From the IMG/VR virus record IMGVR_UViG_2703718798_000014, positions 1-15,506 of that record: a DNA stretch of 15,506 bases; one strand, written 5' to 3'. The notes beneath the pieces were generated by a model that saw nothing but the letters and a program-made list of their open reading frames with translations, was not told where the DNA came from and ran no database searches. Below, in pieces: positions 15,082 through 15,506 of this stretch. The DNA is from a virus. Taxonomy: Duplodnaviria; Heunggongvirae; Uroviricota; Caudoviricetes. The position numbers and the translations under genes are program-made. How positions within the stretch are numbered: the first letter of the stretch is position 1; every line of letters begins with the position of its first letter.

Positions 15082-15362
15082 GTTGCAGATCTGCAACTCG
15101 ACCATGAAACTACGGAAACTACCCGTAGTTTGGGTAGTAAGAGTAACACCCAGATTTTGGGTCTTACTCGTGATACCCAAATTTGGGGTATCAGTGGCAA
15201 CCATAACGACTTTCGTTACGGTTGATGCTTTTACCCCATTGGGGGAAAGGTATTACGATAATCATAACACCTACCGAACAGGTAAAGCCCACCAGCCTGA
15301 TTAACGTTTAACCGGAAAAAAATTCCGGTAGGTGGGGATCCCCATATCGGGGAACATCCACC
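15082..15362. other. Palindrome-dense non-coding segment (8 or more distinct inverted repeats), candidate structured RNA or multi-protein recognition site
   Basis: GTTGCAGATCTGCAAC (15082-15097); AAACTACGG/CCGTAGTTT (15107-15131); nested AGTAAGA...ACCCAGATTTTGGGT...TCTTACT (15136-15168); GATACCCAAATTTGGGGTATC (15172-15192); CCCCATTGGGG (15234-15244); CCGGAAAAAAATTCCGG (15312-15328); GGTGGGGATCCCCATATCGGGGAACATCCACC (15331-15362). No plausible ORF. Confidence 0.45.
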
Positions 15363-15422
15363 AGCTTCATAACGGATAGCCGGAAAATGATAACGGTTAA
15401 GCAAAACCGCCAGCAAATTTCC

Positions 15423-15497
15423 CTTTTGTTTGTTATTGTTCGTCATTGTTCGCAGAGCTTCAACGAAATGTGTGGTCAGTTGTGTGGTCAGTTTTTA
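15423..15497. repeat. Right copy of the ~75-bp imperfect direct repeat (triple TTGTT box plus tandem GTGTGGTCAGTT x2)
   Basis: 15423-15497 aligns with 566-643. Boxes at 15426, 15436, 15446; tandem 12-mer at 15469-15492. Homology ends after CAGTTTTT; the window ends 9 bp later. Confidence 0.7.
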
Positions 15498-15506
15498 GGT
15501 TTTTAA

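Larger units (their letters stand above)
492..15506. mobile_element. Integrated phage satellite, capsid-forming PICI-like (int, alpA, P4-type primase and ori, HK97-type head and packaging genes, no tail or lysis genes); right boundary unresolved
   Basis: Left junction at 491/492 where host riboswitch homology ends. Gene content and order as listed. Last recognisable island gene ends 14786; non-coding palindrome-rich DNA and a repeat of the int-proximal region follow to the window end. Confidence 0.7.

Noticed and set aside
15040-15240. Possibility that the hairpin-rich region encodes a tRNA (a common island target)
   Set aside because: No cloverleaf can be drawn; no T-loop GTTCRANYC consensus or CCA-proximal acceptor stem.
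14944-15446. Track ORFs in the terminal non-coding region (14944-15204 minus, 15043-15225 plus, 15074-15304 plus, 15231-15446 minus)
   Set aside because: Mutually overlapping, no RBS, span the palindromes; taken as non-coding structured DNA/RNA.

Overview
Enterobacterial (E. coli-like) DNA carrying a roughly 15 kb integrated phage satellite of the capsid-forming PICI type. The first ~490 bp is host sequence that I recognise from memory as the thiM leader with the 5' half of its TPP riboswitch; it stops matching after position 491, where the island begins. The island reads rightward throughout except for one small leftward pair: tyrosine integrase (680-1915), AlpA-family regulator (2324-2518), a leftward ribbon-helix-helix gene pair facing a triple-palindrome operator (2677-3260), three small hypotheticals, a P4-family primase/helicase (4154-5971), an iteron-type origin built from TGTTCACC octamers (5985-6213), an accessory block with an SSB (6259-7858), then a complete HK97-type head and packaging module (major capsid, prohead protease, portal, head closure, gp6-like connector, HNH endonuclease, candidate cos, TerS, TerL; 8151-14491). 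There are no tail, lysis, tRNA, rRNA or CRISPR features. Signals not explained by the gene calls include a 27-bp triple-box module (TTGTTTG/TTGTTCG/TTGTTCG in 10-bp register) at five loci, an intrinsic terminator abutting the capsid start codon, a ~75-bp imperfect direct repeat at both ends, and a palindrome-dense ~300 bp non-coding segment after TerL. All protein family calls are from motif recognition by eye; no searches were run. The right boundary of the element is not resolved within the window.
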